Shown piece after piece: positions 1 through 9,186 of a DNA stretch of 59,688 nt (position 1 is its first letter; the number at the start of each line of letters is the position of its first letter). The notes beneath the pieces were generated by a model. The model was not told where the DNA came from and made no database searches. It saw only the letters and a program-made list of their open reading frames with translations. The DNA comes from a virus (lineage: Duplodnaviria; Caudoviricetes). The stretch lies in the IMG/VR virus record IMGVR_UViG_3300036399_001256, positions 1 to 59,688 of that record; one strand, given 5' to 3'. The position numbers were made by a program, and so were the translations under genes.

Positions 1-127
1 CTCAAGAACCTCTGGGAGGGGACAACCGGACTTACACTACCATGATCGGATTCATCGTCACTCCAGAACAAGCACAGACGGTCAACGCCGCCGTTGCAGA
101 CGCCCAAACGTCGCGTGGGCTTCCCGT
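1..127. repeat. Terminal direct repeat, left copy (assembly overlap of a circular or circularly permuted genome)
   Basis: 1-127 is identical to 59562-59688; ORF 58758..59606 and ORF 42..341 read across the junction. Confidence 0.95.
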
Positions 128-341
128 GTTTTGGATTCCCGGCAGCTTCCCAATTCTGCGTGGTGAGCACGCCGGGAAATGCTTTGTGCCGGGAGACGCC
201 ACGATGTTCGACACCCCGCTACGCGGTGATCCGCCAATGACCCCAAAGGATTTTCCCGAGTTCTTACAACTCATTTCCGCTCTCGGGGGCATGGACGAAA
301 GAGTTGATATTTCGGCCGAAGATATAATCCCCGAATCATGA
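42..341 (+). CDS. Hypothetical protein downstream of the fibre-like gene
   Basis: 99-aa ORF whose ATG overlaps the stop of 58758..59606 (ATGA) across the circular junction. Confidence 0.75.
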   Translation: MIGFIVTPEQAQTVNAAVADAQTSRGLPVFWIPGSFPILRGEHAGKCFVPGDATMFDTPLRGDPPMTPKDFPEFLQLISALGGMDERVDISAEDIIPES

Positions 342-378
342 CCTCCAAAGAATCCACCTTCCGACTCTGCATCTAACC

Positions 379-975
379 ATGACCGTCATCGTCCCCATCC
401 AAGGCTTCACCGAGACGCTTGCGGAACCGAGCGGCACGGAGGACCTGCATCGCGATGTCCTTCGCAGATTTTCCTCAAAAAACGTGCAGGTTCTCACGCC
501 TATGCCGTGGAATGTGGACACCGATGGACTGTGCGCCTATCTCCGCAGGAATCACATCACGCAGGCCATCGTCGTTGCCTATTCGTGGGGCGCTGGATTC
601 GCAGCCCAACGATTCGCTAAGGCATGTCGCCAGATGGGAATCGACATCCCCGTGATGTGTTTGTGCGACCCGGTCTATCGGCCGCTTTGGATTCCCGCAT
701 GGATGGGGCCGTCACCCTTTGCCGTCCGCGCGATGATCCCCGGATCCGCCAAGATCGAAATCCCAGCATCGGTCCGCCGGGTGGTGTGGGTCCGTCAGCA
801 CCTCAGTTTTCCCCGCGGTCATAACCTCGTCGCCGCCAGCCCCCGGACCATCATCGAAGCGCCCCGCGTGCTTCCATTTTCTCACACCGTCATCGACGAG
901 GTTCCCGAGTGGCACAACCTCGTTAGATCCACTATCACCGAAACACTCGCCGAAAACAATGCAGCAGTGGACTGA
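379..975 (+). CDS. Alpha/beta-hydrolase fold protein in the lysis module
   Basis: IQGF oxyanion-like motif, AYSWG nucleophile elbow, LCDPV strand, C-terminal SH. Confidence 0.7.
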   Translation: MTVIVPIQGFTETLAEPSGTEDLHRDVLRRFSSKNVQVLTPMPWNVDTDGLCAYLRRNHITQAIVVAYSWGAGFAAQRFAKACRQMGIDIPVMCLCDPVYRPLWIPAWMGPSPFAVRAMIPGSAKIEIPASVRRVVWVRQHLSFPRGHNLVAASPRTIIEAPRVLPFSHTVIDEVPEWHNLVRSTITETLAENNAAVD

Positions 976-1576
976 ATTTTTTGTTGGGTTCGCCGCCCTT
1001 TTAACTGCCGTCGGAACAGTCCTTGCGATTGTCCGGAAATGGATCAGCGCAGCGAAGCAAGACATGCAGGTCGATCTTCACACCATCCTCGCTTCCCATG
1101 GATCGCGCATCTTGCGGCAAATTGATGGAGTCGATCCGACCACCTACGTTGTATTGGACTTCGATCAGGGCAACGGCCGCAAAGCCCTCGCCCTCCCCAT
1201 CATGTATGAGCACGCCGTTGAACCCATCACCGGCCTGTTTCTAACGCTTGAGGGGCGCTTTGAGGATCGCACGGAATACCAGATGTCATCCCGAATGCAT
1301 CCGGTGCCAGTGATGATTCCATTCCACGCTCACTCCGGCAATGAATCCATCGTCGTCGTGAAGGGGTCGGTGAGAGACGTTCAGACCGGGGTGATTTATC
1401 GCGAGGGCGAAACGTGGTCGATTGAGCCAGGTAAGCGGCACTCCGCCGAACTCCACCGCGCCCTCTGCATCGCGACCATGCGCCCGGCTCTTCCCAACGG
1501 GGTGCAGCGTCCCGTTGACGTGACTGACATTTCGTCTGTTTACGATCAGCCAATACTTGCCTCAGAACTGCCATGA
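959..1576 (+). CDS. Membrane-anchored cupin-domain protein (holin position)
   Basis: N-terminal TM helix FFVGFAALLTAVGTVLAIV; cupin motifs PFHAHSGNESIVVVKG and EGETWSIEPGKRHS; overlaps both neighbours. Confidence 0.6.
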   Translation: MQQWTEFFVGFAALLTAVGTVLAIVRKWISAAKQDMQVDLHTILASHGSRILRQIDGVDPTTYVVLDFDQGNGRKALALPIMYEHAVEPITGLFLTLEGRFEDRTEYQMSSRMHPVPVMIPFHAHSGNESIVVVKGSVRDVQTGVIYREGETWSIEPGKRHSAELHRALCIATMRPALPNGVQRPVDVTDISSVYDQPILASELP

Positions 1577-2133
1577 ACCAGCAACAGATCATCAAAATGC
1601 AACGCCGTGTTGGAGTAACTCCAGACGGATTCTGGGGGCCGAAATCCATCGCCGCATGCCAGCGCCACCTTCGATCTCTCATGCCCAAGCCAAACCCATG
1701 GCCGAAGACGGATCAGAAATCGCTGACGGCATTCTATGGGCCTCCCGGGGATTCGCGGCTTGTGAGCATTCAAGTGGCAGGTCTGGGAATCTTTTACGAT
1801 GGGAAGCCCGTGAAAATCATCCGGGTCAACAAGGCCTGCGCTGAATCACTTCGCCGGGTTCTTTCCGCTATCGCCGATTCTCCAGATCGCGAGGTTCTCC
1901 GCACGTTCGCCGGCGTGTTCAACAATCGCCCCATGCGTGGCGGCTCTCTGCCGTCTCTCCACGCCCGCGGCGCTGCCATTGATCTTGATCCGGGCAAGAA
2001 TGGCAATCTCACCTCGTGGCCGGCGAAAGCCACAATGCCGCTCAGCGTGATGGAGGCTTTCGCCCGCGAGGGCTGGCTTGCGGCCGGGGCGTTTTGGGGG
2101 CGGGACGCGATGCACTTTCAGGCGACGGCTTGA
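1573..2133 (+). CDS. Endolysin: peptidoglycan-binding N-terminus plus M15 metallopeptidase
   Basis: QRRVGVTPDGFWGPKS PG-binding motif; SLHARGAAIDL and DAMHFQ M15 zinc motifs. Confidence 0.9.
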   Translation: MNQQQIIKMQRRVGVTPDGFWGPKSIAACQRHLRSLMPKPNPWPKTDQKSLTAFYGPPGDSRLVSIQVAGLGIFYDGKPVKIIRVNKACAESLRRVLSAIADSPDREVLRTFAGVFNNRPMRGGSLPSLHARGAAIDLDPGKNGNLTSWPAKATMPLSVMEAFAREGWLAAGAFWGRDAMHFQATA

Positions 2134-2509
2134 ATCGATCCACCATCTGACCGAATCGCCGAACATCCTCTTCGCTCAAGCCCTTGAGCGCCTTTCGGCA
2201 CTGCCTCAACACGGCGGCGGTTTCCGCGTCCAGATTCTTCCTCCCGGCGTCATTGGGGCGTGCCTCCGCTCGCTCTTCCCGTTCCTTCCACCAAAGCACC
2301 CTGCACGCCTCGTATTGCTCCATGCCAGGCTGAATCCCGCAACCGATCGACAGCACCAAATGGACAGTTTCCCATCGCACCGATCGCTTCCCCTGTTCAA
2401 TCTTCAAAACGGTGGTGTCGTTGATGTCGCACTTGGTGCCGATGTCCATCAGGGTAAGGGATTTTTTCTGGCGGATCTCCGCAAAAGTGCTGGCAAGGGT
2501 GGCTTTCAT
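2042..2509 (-). CDS. XRE-family HTH transcriptional regulator
   Basis: IRQKKSLTLMDIGTKCDINDTTVLKIEQG HTH pattern; conserved box 39 bp upstream of the ATG. Confidence 0.8.
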   Translation of the reverse strand: MKATLASTFAEIRQKKSLTLMDIGTKCDINDTTVLKIEQGKRSVRWETVHLVLSIGCGIQPGMEQYEACRVLWWKEREERAEARPNDAGRKNLDAETAAVLRQCRKALKGLSEEDVRRFGQMVDRFKPSPESASRPAPKTPRPQASPRGRKPPSR

Positions 2510-2544
2510 GACACCGGCACTGGAGCATGGCGGTGCACGTTACG

Positions 2545-4671
2545 TCAAGGTTTCTTCCGGTAGAAATCATCCGCGCCCTTCACGATTACCCGTTGGACGA
2601 TCATCGACCCGACCCGCTGCTTGGCCGCGTGAGCACTCATTCCGCCCGCCTCCATCACGCATTTGACGACGTCTTGATAGGTCGCGCAACCGGGGATCGC
2701 CGCCAGTAGGGTGTCGTCGTTCGCCGGGATTGGTGAGGATTTCCGGCCATTTCCACGCTCGGGTTTCTCATCCGCCACCGGCGGCGGAACTTGGAACCAA
2801 AGTTGTCCCTCGGAGTCGATCCCGTGCCGGATGTAGATGTCCGCCGACCGCTGGCCGTTGTGCTGCATTCTCAGCCCCACCCGCGCCCCGCGCTTGGTGG
2901 TGAGTAGTCGATAGATGCCCTTCTCTGACGTGCTCATGAGGACCATCGCCGCCCGCGCCCAGTTGATCATGTCGGAGCTTCCAAGGCCGTTGTAGCTGTA
3001 ATCCGAATCGCTCCAATTCGCCGGCGTCTTCGTTTCCCGCGAGGGCTTGCCGGTGTGGTGAACGAGAATCGCAATCGCTCCGGTGCGGGAGAGCATGGGG
3101 CCCATGCCATTCCGGAAAAAGCTGGATGAGACTTTTTGGAGGCTGATGTCGTCGCCGACGTAGGAGAGAATCGGGTCAACGACGACGAGGTCGGCTTTCG
3201 TCTCGCGGATGAGTTCCTCCAGCCATCGAACGAACCGCTCGCCCGTAAGGTCGCTGCAATCGCGGAACATGAGGTTCTTGCCGACGGTGCGAACACCATC
3301 GTCGCCAAGCGCATGCCGGATGTGGTGATTTCCCAACACACCCTTGAGCATCTCCGCGAGGTCGCCCTTGTCGTTCTCGGCCTGCACGACGAGCGTTCGC
3401 ATGGGCTTCCGAAACGTCAGCCCGTGCCACTCAACCCCCGCCGCCGCGTGAATCGCCATCCCCATCGTCAGCGTCGATTTTCCGATGCCGGAGGGTCCAA
3501 TCAGAAACATGGCGCTGCCCTTTGCCAGAAACCGCCGCTCCCAGCCGATGAGGGCGTTTGGGTCGTTGTCGGTGTCCACGTCCATGAGGGTGCGGGCATT
3601 GTAAACCCCGTCGAGAATTGGATTCTTTGCCTTCTCGATCACCGCCGAAAACACCGCATGTTGGTCGGGTGATTCCTCGCGGATCCAGTCGTTCGCATCC
3701 TTGTATTTGGCGGGCGTGGCGAAGACGGTAAATTCTGAAATCTTGTGGCGGGACTTCTGGATTTTCTCAAGCCACTCCTCGGCCGGCGTGCGACCGGTGA
3801 CCTTGGAGGCTTTTTCGCGGGGGTCGTTTTGAGGGCACGCGATGAGGTGCGGGACCGCCATGGATGAGATGTCGGTATTGGAGGTCGCGCCGCGAGTGAT
3901 GTAGGCGGCGTAGATTCCGGCGTTCTCAGGGAGGTGAGCGCCAAGGCGATCCAGCACCGAGAACGCATCCCACTGCGACTCGAAGGCGAGCGTATGACTG
4001 GCGTGGATGGGGTTGCCGATGACGAGCGGCCCGGAGTCGGTGTGACCGCCAGGGTGATAGGCCCATCCCTTTTCGAGCCGGTAGTGGATGCGGGTGACCT
4101 TGCCGTCCTTGGAATGGACAGGAAGTGCATACTTTCCCTTGAACATCCCGATCATCTCTTGGGCGTGGAGCCAGTCCACAAACTCCCGCGAGAAGCCCCG
4201 CCACTCGACAAGTCCCTGTGCGGCCGCATCGTCGAAAGCGAGCAGACACGATTTCCAATCGACCCCAGATCGAAGCGGGGGAGGTGGTGGGGGCGCGTCA
4301 TCGCTCGGTGGGAAGTCCGGCGGTTCCTCGGCGATGTAGTTGGTGAGTGAGAGCGACCGCGGCGCGGGCGGTTCAGGCGGGGCGATGTTCAGATACTCGG
4401 ATGCCTTCTGGATCGTCTCCTGAAAGGTGATCCCACGAACCTCCTGCCAGAGCTTGAGGAGTCGGCCCTTTTCACCGGTGGCGCGGTCGTGCCACACCCC
4501 GGCTTTGTCACCGACGAGTTGCACGCCCATGGAGCTTCCGGGAGCGCCGTGGAGTCCTCCACAAACCCACTCGCCTCCCCGTGATTTCCCCCCCGGCAAA
4601 AGCATTCGGCAGATTTCTTCCGCTCTCGCGGCAAGCATCATCTGCAATTCATTCAATTCATCGTCTGGCAT
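2545..4671 (-). CDS. Primase-helicase (N-terminal primase-like region, C-terminal RepA/AAA_25 helicase)
   Basis: LLPGG..GEW..G.W.D...GE.G N-terminus; TOPRIM-like ESQWD and KDANDW; Walker A GPSGIGKS; Walker B VVVDP; LVHHTGK. Confidence 0.85.
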   Translation of the reverse strand: MPDDELNELQMMLAARAEEICRMLLPGGKSRGGEWVCGGLHGAPGSSMGVQLVGDKAGVWHDRATGEKGRLLKLWQEVRGITFQETIQKASEYLNIAPPEPPAPRSLSLTNYIAEEPPDFPPSDDAPPPPPPLRSGVDWKSCLLAFDDAAAQGLVEWRGFSREFVDWLHAQEMIGMFKGKYALPVHSKDGKVTRIHYRLEKGWAYHPGGHTDSGPLVIGNPIHASHTLAFESQWDAFSVLDRLGAHLPENAGIYAAYITRGATSNTDISSMAVPHLIACPQNDPREKASKVTGRTPAEEWLEKIQKSRHKISEFTVFATPAKYKDANDWIREESPDQHAVFSAVIEKAKNPILDGVYNARTLMDVDTDNDPNALIGWERRFLAKGSAMFLIGPSGIGKSTLTMGMAIHAAAGVEWHGLTFRKPMRTLVVQAENDKGDLAEMLKGVLGNHHIRHALGDDGVRTVGKNLMFRDCSDLTGERFVRWLEELIRETKADLVVVDPILSYVGDDISLQKVSSSFFRNGMGPMLSRTGAIAILVHHTGKPSRETKTPANWSDSDYSYNGLGSSDMINWARAAMVLMSTSEKGIYRLLTTKRGARVGLRMQHNGQRSADIYIRHGIDSEGQLWFQVPPPVADEKPERGNGRKSSPIPANDDTLLAAIPGCATYQDVVKCVMEAGGMSAHAAKQRVGSMIVQRVIVKGADDFYRKKP

Positions 4672-4712
4672 TGGTGTTTAAGGTTTGGAATAAAGCCGCG
4701 TGCGCGGTTGAA

Positions 4713-5087
4713 TCAGTGGTTCGACAAGGCATCACGCGCTATCCGCTTGATCTCATCGAAGCTGTCTTGAAGGATTCCAGTTGCCGCGTAGAACTCGATT
4801 TTCTCCATAGCCTCCCGCAGCTTTTCCGTTTCGCACGCGATCTTGAAGCACAGTCGCACGGCTACGTCTGACGCTTGCTCAGATGCGAAGACCTCACCGC
4901 TCGGCCTTGGATTCCAGCACATCGAGGCTCTTCCGATGGCCTCAAAGACTGCGTGATACATCTCGCTTGAGATGCGGTGGTTCAGTGGCCGCTCTTTTAG
5001 TGGGAGAGCCATCGCTTCGTCGTGAGACATGATCGTTGCCGTGAAGCATTTCGATCCGTCTGGTAGTTGTGTCATTGGTGTTTCCAT
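4713..5087 (-). CDS. Hypothetical cassette gene (cassette 4720-5177)
   Basis: 124-aa ORF bounded by GTTCGACAA (4719) and TTGTCGAAC (5093-5101). Confidence 0.75.
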   Translation of the reverse strand: METPMTQLPDGSKCFTATIMSHDEAMALPLKERPLNHRISSEMYHAVFEAIGRASMCWNPRPSGEVFASEQASDVAVRLCFKIACETEKLREAMEKIEFYAATGILQDSFDEIKRIARDALSNH

Positions 5088-5094
5088 AAGAATT

Positions 5095-5183
5095 GTCGAA
5101 CAAGGCGATGCACGAAATCGCCGGGATTGCTTTACTTGGAATCGCCGCCGTGCTCCGGCGATTCGTGATCTTGGGCGTTAGCC
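5095..5183 (+). other. attC-like site A
   Basis: GTCGAAC-AAGGC-GAT[G]CACGAA[A]TCGCCGG ... CCGGCGATTCGTGATC-TTGGGC-GTTAGCC, with two extrahelical bases. Confidence 0.85.
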
Positions 5184-5380
5184 TGAGAAAAATACTCCTC
5201 GCAGCATTTCCCGCAGACGGGCATTGCATACGGATCGGGGCTGAGTGTTCCGCCCTCGCTGTCGGGGTCGAACAGTTCTCCGCACGGGCATTTCATCCTG
5301 CCGTCAGGTTGGATCATTTCATCGTATGCGGCCTCGGCACGCATCTCGCCTCTTTCGATTGGGTCTGGTATGTAGGTCAT
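5132..5380 (-). CDS. Small Cys-rich cassette protein
   Basis: CPCG..VCGKCC; its stop lies inside attC A. Confidence 0.7.
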   Translation of the reverse strand: MTYIPDPIERGEMRAEAAYDEMIQPDGRMKCPCGELFDPDSEGGTLSPDPYAMPVCGKCCEEYFSQANAQDHESPEHGGDSK

Positions 5381-5391
5381 AAAATTAAGAA

Positions 5392-5493
5392 GGCTAACAA
5401 GGGAGTCATGGCAACGGGAACTAGCCGTTCAAGTCGGTGGTGGATTCGGGCTTCTGCGCGGCTAGTTCCCGCGCCATACCCCCAGCGTTCATA
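5392..5493 (+). other. attC-like site B
   Basis: GGCTAAC-AAGGG-AGT[C]ATGGCA[A]CGGGAACTAGCCG ... CGGCTAGTTCCCGCGCCATAC-CCCCAGC-GTTCATA. Confidence 0.85.
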
Positions 5494-5695
5494 ATTCGTC
5501 ATCATTTTCTTGATATGGAACAGCCCATGGATTCGGAGCGCCACGCCACCATCCGGGGCGATCTGGTCTCGCAAGCGAATGCCTCAATTCAATTCTGGTA
5601 ACGGCCTCCCGGTCGATCTCCTCGGGCGTCGGTGGGAGACGCAATCCGTCACGCGTGGTCGAGGTGTTATCCTGATCTGCTTGCATGACGTTCCG

Positions 5696-6076
5696 TCAGT
5701 GTTGTGGCTTTACTGCGTTTGGCGAGTCCCAAAGCCGATCCACCAAAGAAATCGCATCCTCGGTCGAGCGCACCACCCCGGCGATGCCGCCAGCGTTGGC
5801 CACAACTCCCAGAAACCGCTTCTGTCCATCGGTGGTCACCGCCTGATCCTTGACCTCGGCGGCGACGAACACGGCGATCTTCCGGCCGACGTCTTCGGGG
5901 CGAACGGTGTGACTGACCCAGCCGATGAGGTCGGAGGTGTCTTTTCCGAGTCCGGCTTTCACTTTGCGGGTGCCGTCGAGCGTGAGAAACAACCCGGTGT
6001 TGTTGCGGAGCCAGATCGCCCTCTCAGTGGCGGAAACCGCCAGTCGGATGTTGTTTTGGATGTTTGTCTCGCTCAT
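5696..6076 (-). CDS. VRR-NUC domain nuclease
   Basis: SETNIQNNI, TSDLIG, AAEVK, Q..FL..V...GG.AGVVRS..DA pattern. Confidence 0.88.
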   Translation of the reverse strand: MSETNIQNNIRLAVSATERAIWLRNNTGLFLTLDGTRKVKAGLGKDTSDLIGWVSHTVRPEDVGRKIAVFVAAEVKDQAVTTDGQKRFLGVVANAGGIAGVVRSTEDAISLVDRLWDSPNAVKPQH

Positions 6077-7452
6077 TTTATTTTGTGGGTGAATCGTCCT
6101 TTCCTAACATTCATTCGGACCCGCGCCCAGATTTCCGGCTTCGCGTATCCCCGTGAAATTCCAAGGCGGATGAAGTCCTCGACGGTCTTGCAATCTCGCT
6201 CCTCGATCTTCTTCCGTGCGGCGATGGCTTTGATTTCCTCAAGCTCGCCGGCGCGGATCTCCGCTCGCGATTTTGGCATGGCCGGATAGACCCATCCGCA
6301 GTAGGGGCAGGTTGGTGTCGGCTTGTGGGCGCGGTAGCACTCGGGGCACTCGCGAACCAGAATCTCACCCTCGCCCTTGTTCTTCGATTTCCGGCCGTCC
6401 AGCGTCCATTCGCGGGGGTCGTGGGCGAGTCCGTGCCGCTGGCAGTTGCCGACGTGGTCGAGGATGGTCGCATGGGTTTTGCCGTCGGCCTTGCGAAGCA
6501 CCCGCCCGACCTGCTGGAGAAACAAAATAAGACTCTCGGTGGGGCGCAGGAGTTGCGCCCCGGACACCACCGGAACATCCAGTCCCTCGCCGATCAGATC
6601 GCATGAGGTGATGATCTGCCACTTGCCCGTGCCAAGCCCCTCGATGCAGTCGTCACGCTCGGCGTCCTTCATCTTCCCGTCAACCGCCGCCGCCCGGTAT
6701 CCGGCCATCCGGTATTCGGCGGCAACGTCCTTCGCGTGCTGGACGGAAACGCAGAATGAGAGCATGGGTTGGCCATCGCAATACTTCTGGTAATGGCTGA
6801 CGGCGCATCCGGTGATGGTCGGTTTGTTCATCGCCGCCTCAAGCGCCGCCGTGTCGTAATCGCCGCGGATCTTCCGCACGCCCGTCATGTCGAGAGGGAC
6901 AGGCGGGGCGTAGTAGCGAGCCGGTGAGAGGTAGCCGTTTTCCGTAAGCCATCCAAGCGACGGACCCTCGATGAGTTCTTCGAACACATCACCCAGTCCG
7001 CGCCCGTCGAGGCGTTGAGGAGTGGCAGTGACGCCGATCACTCGCGCATCTGGGTAGGCATCGAGAACCTTGGTGTATTTGCTGGAAATCGCGTGGTGCG
7101 CTTCGTCGATGATGATGAGGTCGGGCGGAGGGATTTTTCCGACACGGCTCGGCAGGGAATCGATACTGCACACTTGGACCATGCAATCGGCATCCATGGG
7201 TTCGCCGGATCGGATGACGCCATGATAAACGCCGAATTGCGCGAGTGTCGCCCCGGCCTGCCGGGTGAGTTCCTTCCGGTGAGCGATGATCCAAACTCGA
7301 TTTCCCAGCGCCACCGCATTGCTCGCGATGTAGCTGAAAATCACCGTCTTCCCGCCACCAGTGGGCAGAACGATCACCACGCGCTTCCGCTTCCGCCGGA
7401 AAGCATCCCGCGTCCGGTTGGCAAGATCGTCCTGGTAGTCCCGCAGTTTCAT
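6073..7452 (-). CDS. SF2 DEAD/DEAH helicase with C-terminal Zn ribbon
   Basis: LRDYQ, PTGGGKT, DEAHH, TATP, EGLDVP, QQVGRVLR, CPEC..CPYCG; start set at MKLRDYQ. Confidence 0.92.
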   Translation of the reverse strand: MKLRDYQDDLANRTRDAFRRKRKRVVIVLPTGGGKTVIFSYIASNAVALGNRVWIIAHRKELTRQAGATLAQFGVYHGVIRSGEPMDADCMVQVCSIDSLPSRVGKIPPPDLIIIDEAHHAISSKYTKVLDAYPDARVIGVTATPQRLDGRGLGDVFEELIEGPSLGWLTENGYLSPARYYAPPVPLDMTGVRKIRGDYDTAALEAAMNKPTITGCAVSHYQKYCDGQPMLSFCVSVQHAKDVAAEYRMAGYRAAAVDGKMKDAERDDCIEGLGTGKWQIITSCDLIGEGLDVPVVSGAQLLRPTESLILFLQQVGRVLRKADGKTHATILDHVGNCQRHGLAHDPREWTLDGRKSKNKGEGEILVRECPECYRAHKPTPTCPYCGWVYPAMPKSRAEIRAGELEEIKAIAARKKIEERDCKTVEDFIRLGISRGYAKPEIWARVRMNVRKGRFTHKIK

Positions 7453-7613
7453 CTCAGCTTTTGGGTGAGGTGCCAGTTTCCGCAAATGTCGCACTGGTAG
7501 GTGAAGAGGCGTGGAACACTGGCGTCTTTGGATCGGCGGTTGATGATGACGCGCATCGCAGTTTGCTCGGATGGGTAGTCGCACTTCCTCGCGCATGCTT
7601 CCGCCCTTCGCAT
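7449..7613 (-). CDS. Small Zn-finger phage protein
   Basis: YQCDICGNWHLT motif; start uncertain. Confidence 0.55.
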   Translation of the reverse strand: MRRAEACARKCDYPSEQTAMRVIINRRSKDASVPRLFTYQCDICGNWHLTQKLR

Positions 7614-7642
7614 GTAGAGCACGTGTTCAACTTCACGTTTCG

Positions 7643-7918
7643 TCAGTTTGAAGTGCTGATCGCGCGGCTCTTGGGTGTGATTCCAGCTTTTGAAAATCGC
7701 CGATTCAAAGTTTTCAACAGCCTTGGATCTTGCTTCGGTGAGAGGTTGAGCATGGTTAGGAATCCGATGATCTCCTTGAGGTCGGTGATGGTGACCTTCT
7801 GGCGGAGGATTTCCTTTCGGAGTTTTGCGGTGGTGGCGAGGTGGCATTTCCGGTCTTTCTCTCGGGTTTCGCGGGATTTGGTGAGTCGTTTTTGGAGGGC
7901 GGTGATGGATAGGCGCAT
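7643..7918 (-). CDS. Hypothetical basic coiled-coil protein
   Basis: 91-aa ORF co-oriented with the operon. Confidence 0.5.
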   Translation of the reverse strand: MRLSITALQKRLTKSRETREKDRKCHLATTAKLRKEILRQKVTITDLKEIIGFLTMLNLSPKQDPRLLKTLNRRFSKAGITPKSRAISTSN

Positions 7919-7937
7919 TTTCTAGCAGAAAATTATG

Positions 7938-8375
7938 TTAACTGGGGTCCGGTGAATAAGCGTTCGGCAGACTAATTTTCTTCTCCCACCGACTCAGCGC
8001 GTGAGCGATGGCAATCATCTTGCTTGCCGCCGTTGCGGGAGACAGATCCTCAGTTTCCAGCGCACGGAAGGATGCACTGGTTCCGCACTGCCACTTCTCG
8101 CAGAGTGCGGCATGAGTCGAGAACTCAGGCGTTTTGACCTCCACCCCAAGCGATATGTGGACGGATCGCCCAGCATAGAATTTGAGGATTTCCATCAGGT
8201 CTTCGATGCCTTCAATATCGAATCCCGCCGCCGCGTCGTCTTCGTCGGCGTAGTATGATTCTCGGATTCTCTCATCGAGCTTCGGGTTGTCTCTCGCCTC
8301 CATTGGCCAGACTTCGCCGCTGTTTGACGAGTGGACGTTGAGTGAGAATTTTACAGTGGCTTGTTTGTGGTTCAT
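7938..8375 (-). CDS. Hypothetical cassette gene
   Basis: 145 aa; ends LPNAYSPDPS across the GTT at 7962. Confidence 0.7.
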   Translation of the reverse strand: MNHKQATVKFSLNVHSSNSGEVWPMEARDNPKLDERIRESYYADEDDAAAGFDIEGIEDLMEILKFYAGRSVHISLGVEVKTPEFSTHAALCEKWQCGTSASFRALETEDLSPATAASKMIAIAHALSRWEKKISLPNAYSPDPS

Positions 8376-8800
8376 GCGTTTGGGGTATCTAGGAATTTGA
8401 GGATGTCAGCGGCAGTTCCGCCCTTGGTGATGATTTCTCGGATGGTGTCGAAGTCCTGTCGTAGCAGTGCCACTTTGAGGGCTTCGATGTTGGCTTCGTT
8501 CTCGCACTTGGCGCGGAGGTCGCGGAGGCGTTCATTTTCGCGCACCAGCGTATTCACGGCAGCTTTCGCACCCTCCATGGCGAACAGATCGCTTCGCAGG
8601 TTCCATTTCCGCGCAGCTTCTTCTGCGGTGTGGCCATCCGGCCCGTAGGTGCGGCACTCTGGATTCGTGCATTCCACGGCAGCTTTCACGCCCGCCTTGA
8701 TTTCGATGTCGCTATGCACCAGTTCGGGAGCCCCTCCACAAAACGGGCAGCCGAACAAGGCATCGCTGCCAACCGGCATTTGCTTTTCAGTTTCACTCAT
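8372..8800 (-). CDS. Lar-family restriction-alleviation-like Zn-ribbon protein
   Basis: CPFCGG..VECTNPEC..AARKWNLR pattern; start codon lies in the loop of attC C. Confidence 0.75.
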   Translation of the reverse strand: MSETEKQMPVGSDALFGCPFCGGAPELVHSDIEIKAGVKAAVECTNPECRTYGPDGHTAEEAARKWNLRSDLFAMEGAKAAVNTLVRENERLRDLRAKCENEANIEALKVALLRQDFDTIREIITKGGTAADILKFLDTPNA

Positions 8801-8844
8801 GGTCGTTTTATTTGCTGCCGGTGGCAGGATTTGTTTCGTTCTCC
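8750..8844 (+). other. attC-like site C
   Basis: GCCGAAC-AAGGC-ATC[G]CTGCC[A]ACCGGCA ... TGCCGGTGGCAGGAT-TTGTTTC-GTTCTCC. Confidence 0.85.
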
Positions 8845-8851
8845 CGAAATG

Positions 8852-9031
8852 TCATTGACCCTCCGGCCATTTCACTGCGTCCATTTTCCCAGTGAACACC
8901 GCCCACGCTTCCCGGAGCTTTTCGCGGAGCGAGCGGCAGGTGTGATTGATCGGACGGGCAGGAACCCATTTGCCGTTGATTTCCGCCTTCGTGCTGGCGG
9001 CGGCTTCGAGGATGTCTTTGAGGTGATACAT
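8852..9031 (-). CDS. 59-aa cassette protein (below the ORF-track cutoff)
   Basis: Translated by hand: MYHLKDILEAAASTKAEINGKWVPARPINHTCRSLREKLREAWAVFTGKMDAVKWPEGQ; fills cassette 8839-9146. Confidence 0.75.
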   Translation of the reverse strand: MYHLKDILEAAASTKAEINGKWVPARPINHTCRSLREKLREAWAVFTGKMDAVKWPEGQ

Positions 9032-9063
9032 TGTTTTTCGTGTTATTGGAGATTCAAAAAAAG

Positions 9064-9152
9064 GGAGAACAAGGCGTGCGAGCTAACCGCCGGGACGCGC
9101 CTTGTTGAATTCAAGCTACCCATTCGGCGGTAGCTCCACATCGACGTTCGGC
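9064..9152 (+). other. attC-like site D
   Basis: GGAGAAC-AAGGC-GTG[C]GAGCT[A]ACCGCCG ... CGGCGGTAGCTCCAC-ATCGAC-GTTCGGC; bottom-strand extrahelical G and T as in canonical attC. Confidence 0.88.
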
Positions 9153-9186
9153 AGAGAAGGGATCAGACCTTCCCCGCCTTGGTTGG

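Larger units (their letters stand above)
4720..5487 (+). mobile_element. attC cassette array 1 (two cassettes: 4720-5177, 5178-5487)
   Basis: Two attC hairpins; R''/R' complementarity at both cassette boundaries. Confidence 0.8.

Noticed and set aside
1-127. 127-bp terminal repeat as physical phage DTR
   Set aside because: It falls mid-gene and its length equals a common assembler k-mer, so it is most likely a circular-contig overlap.
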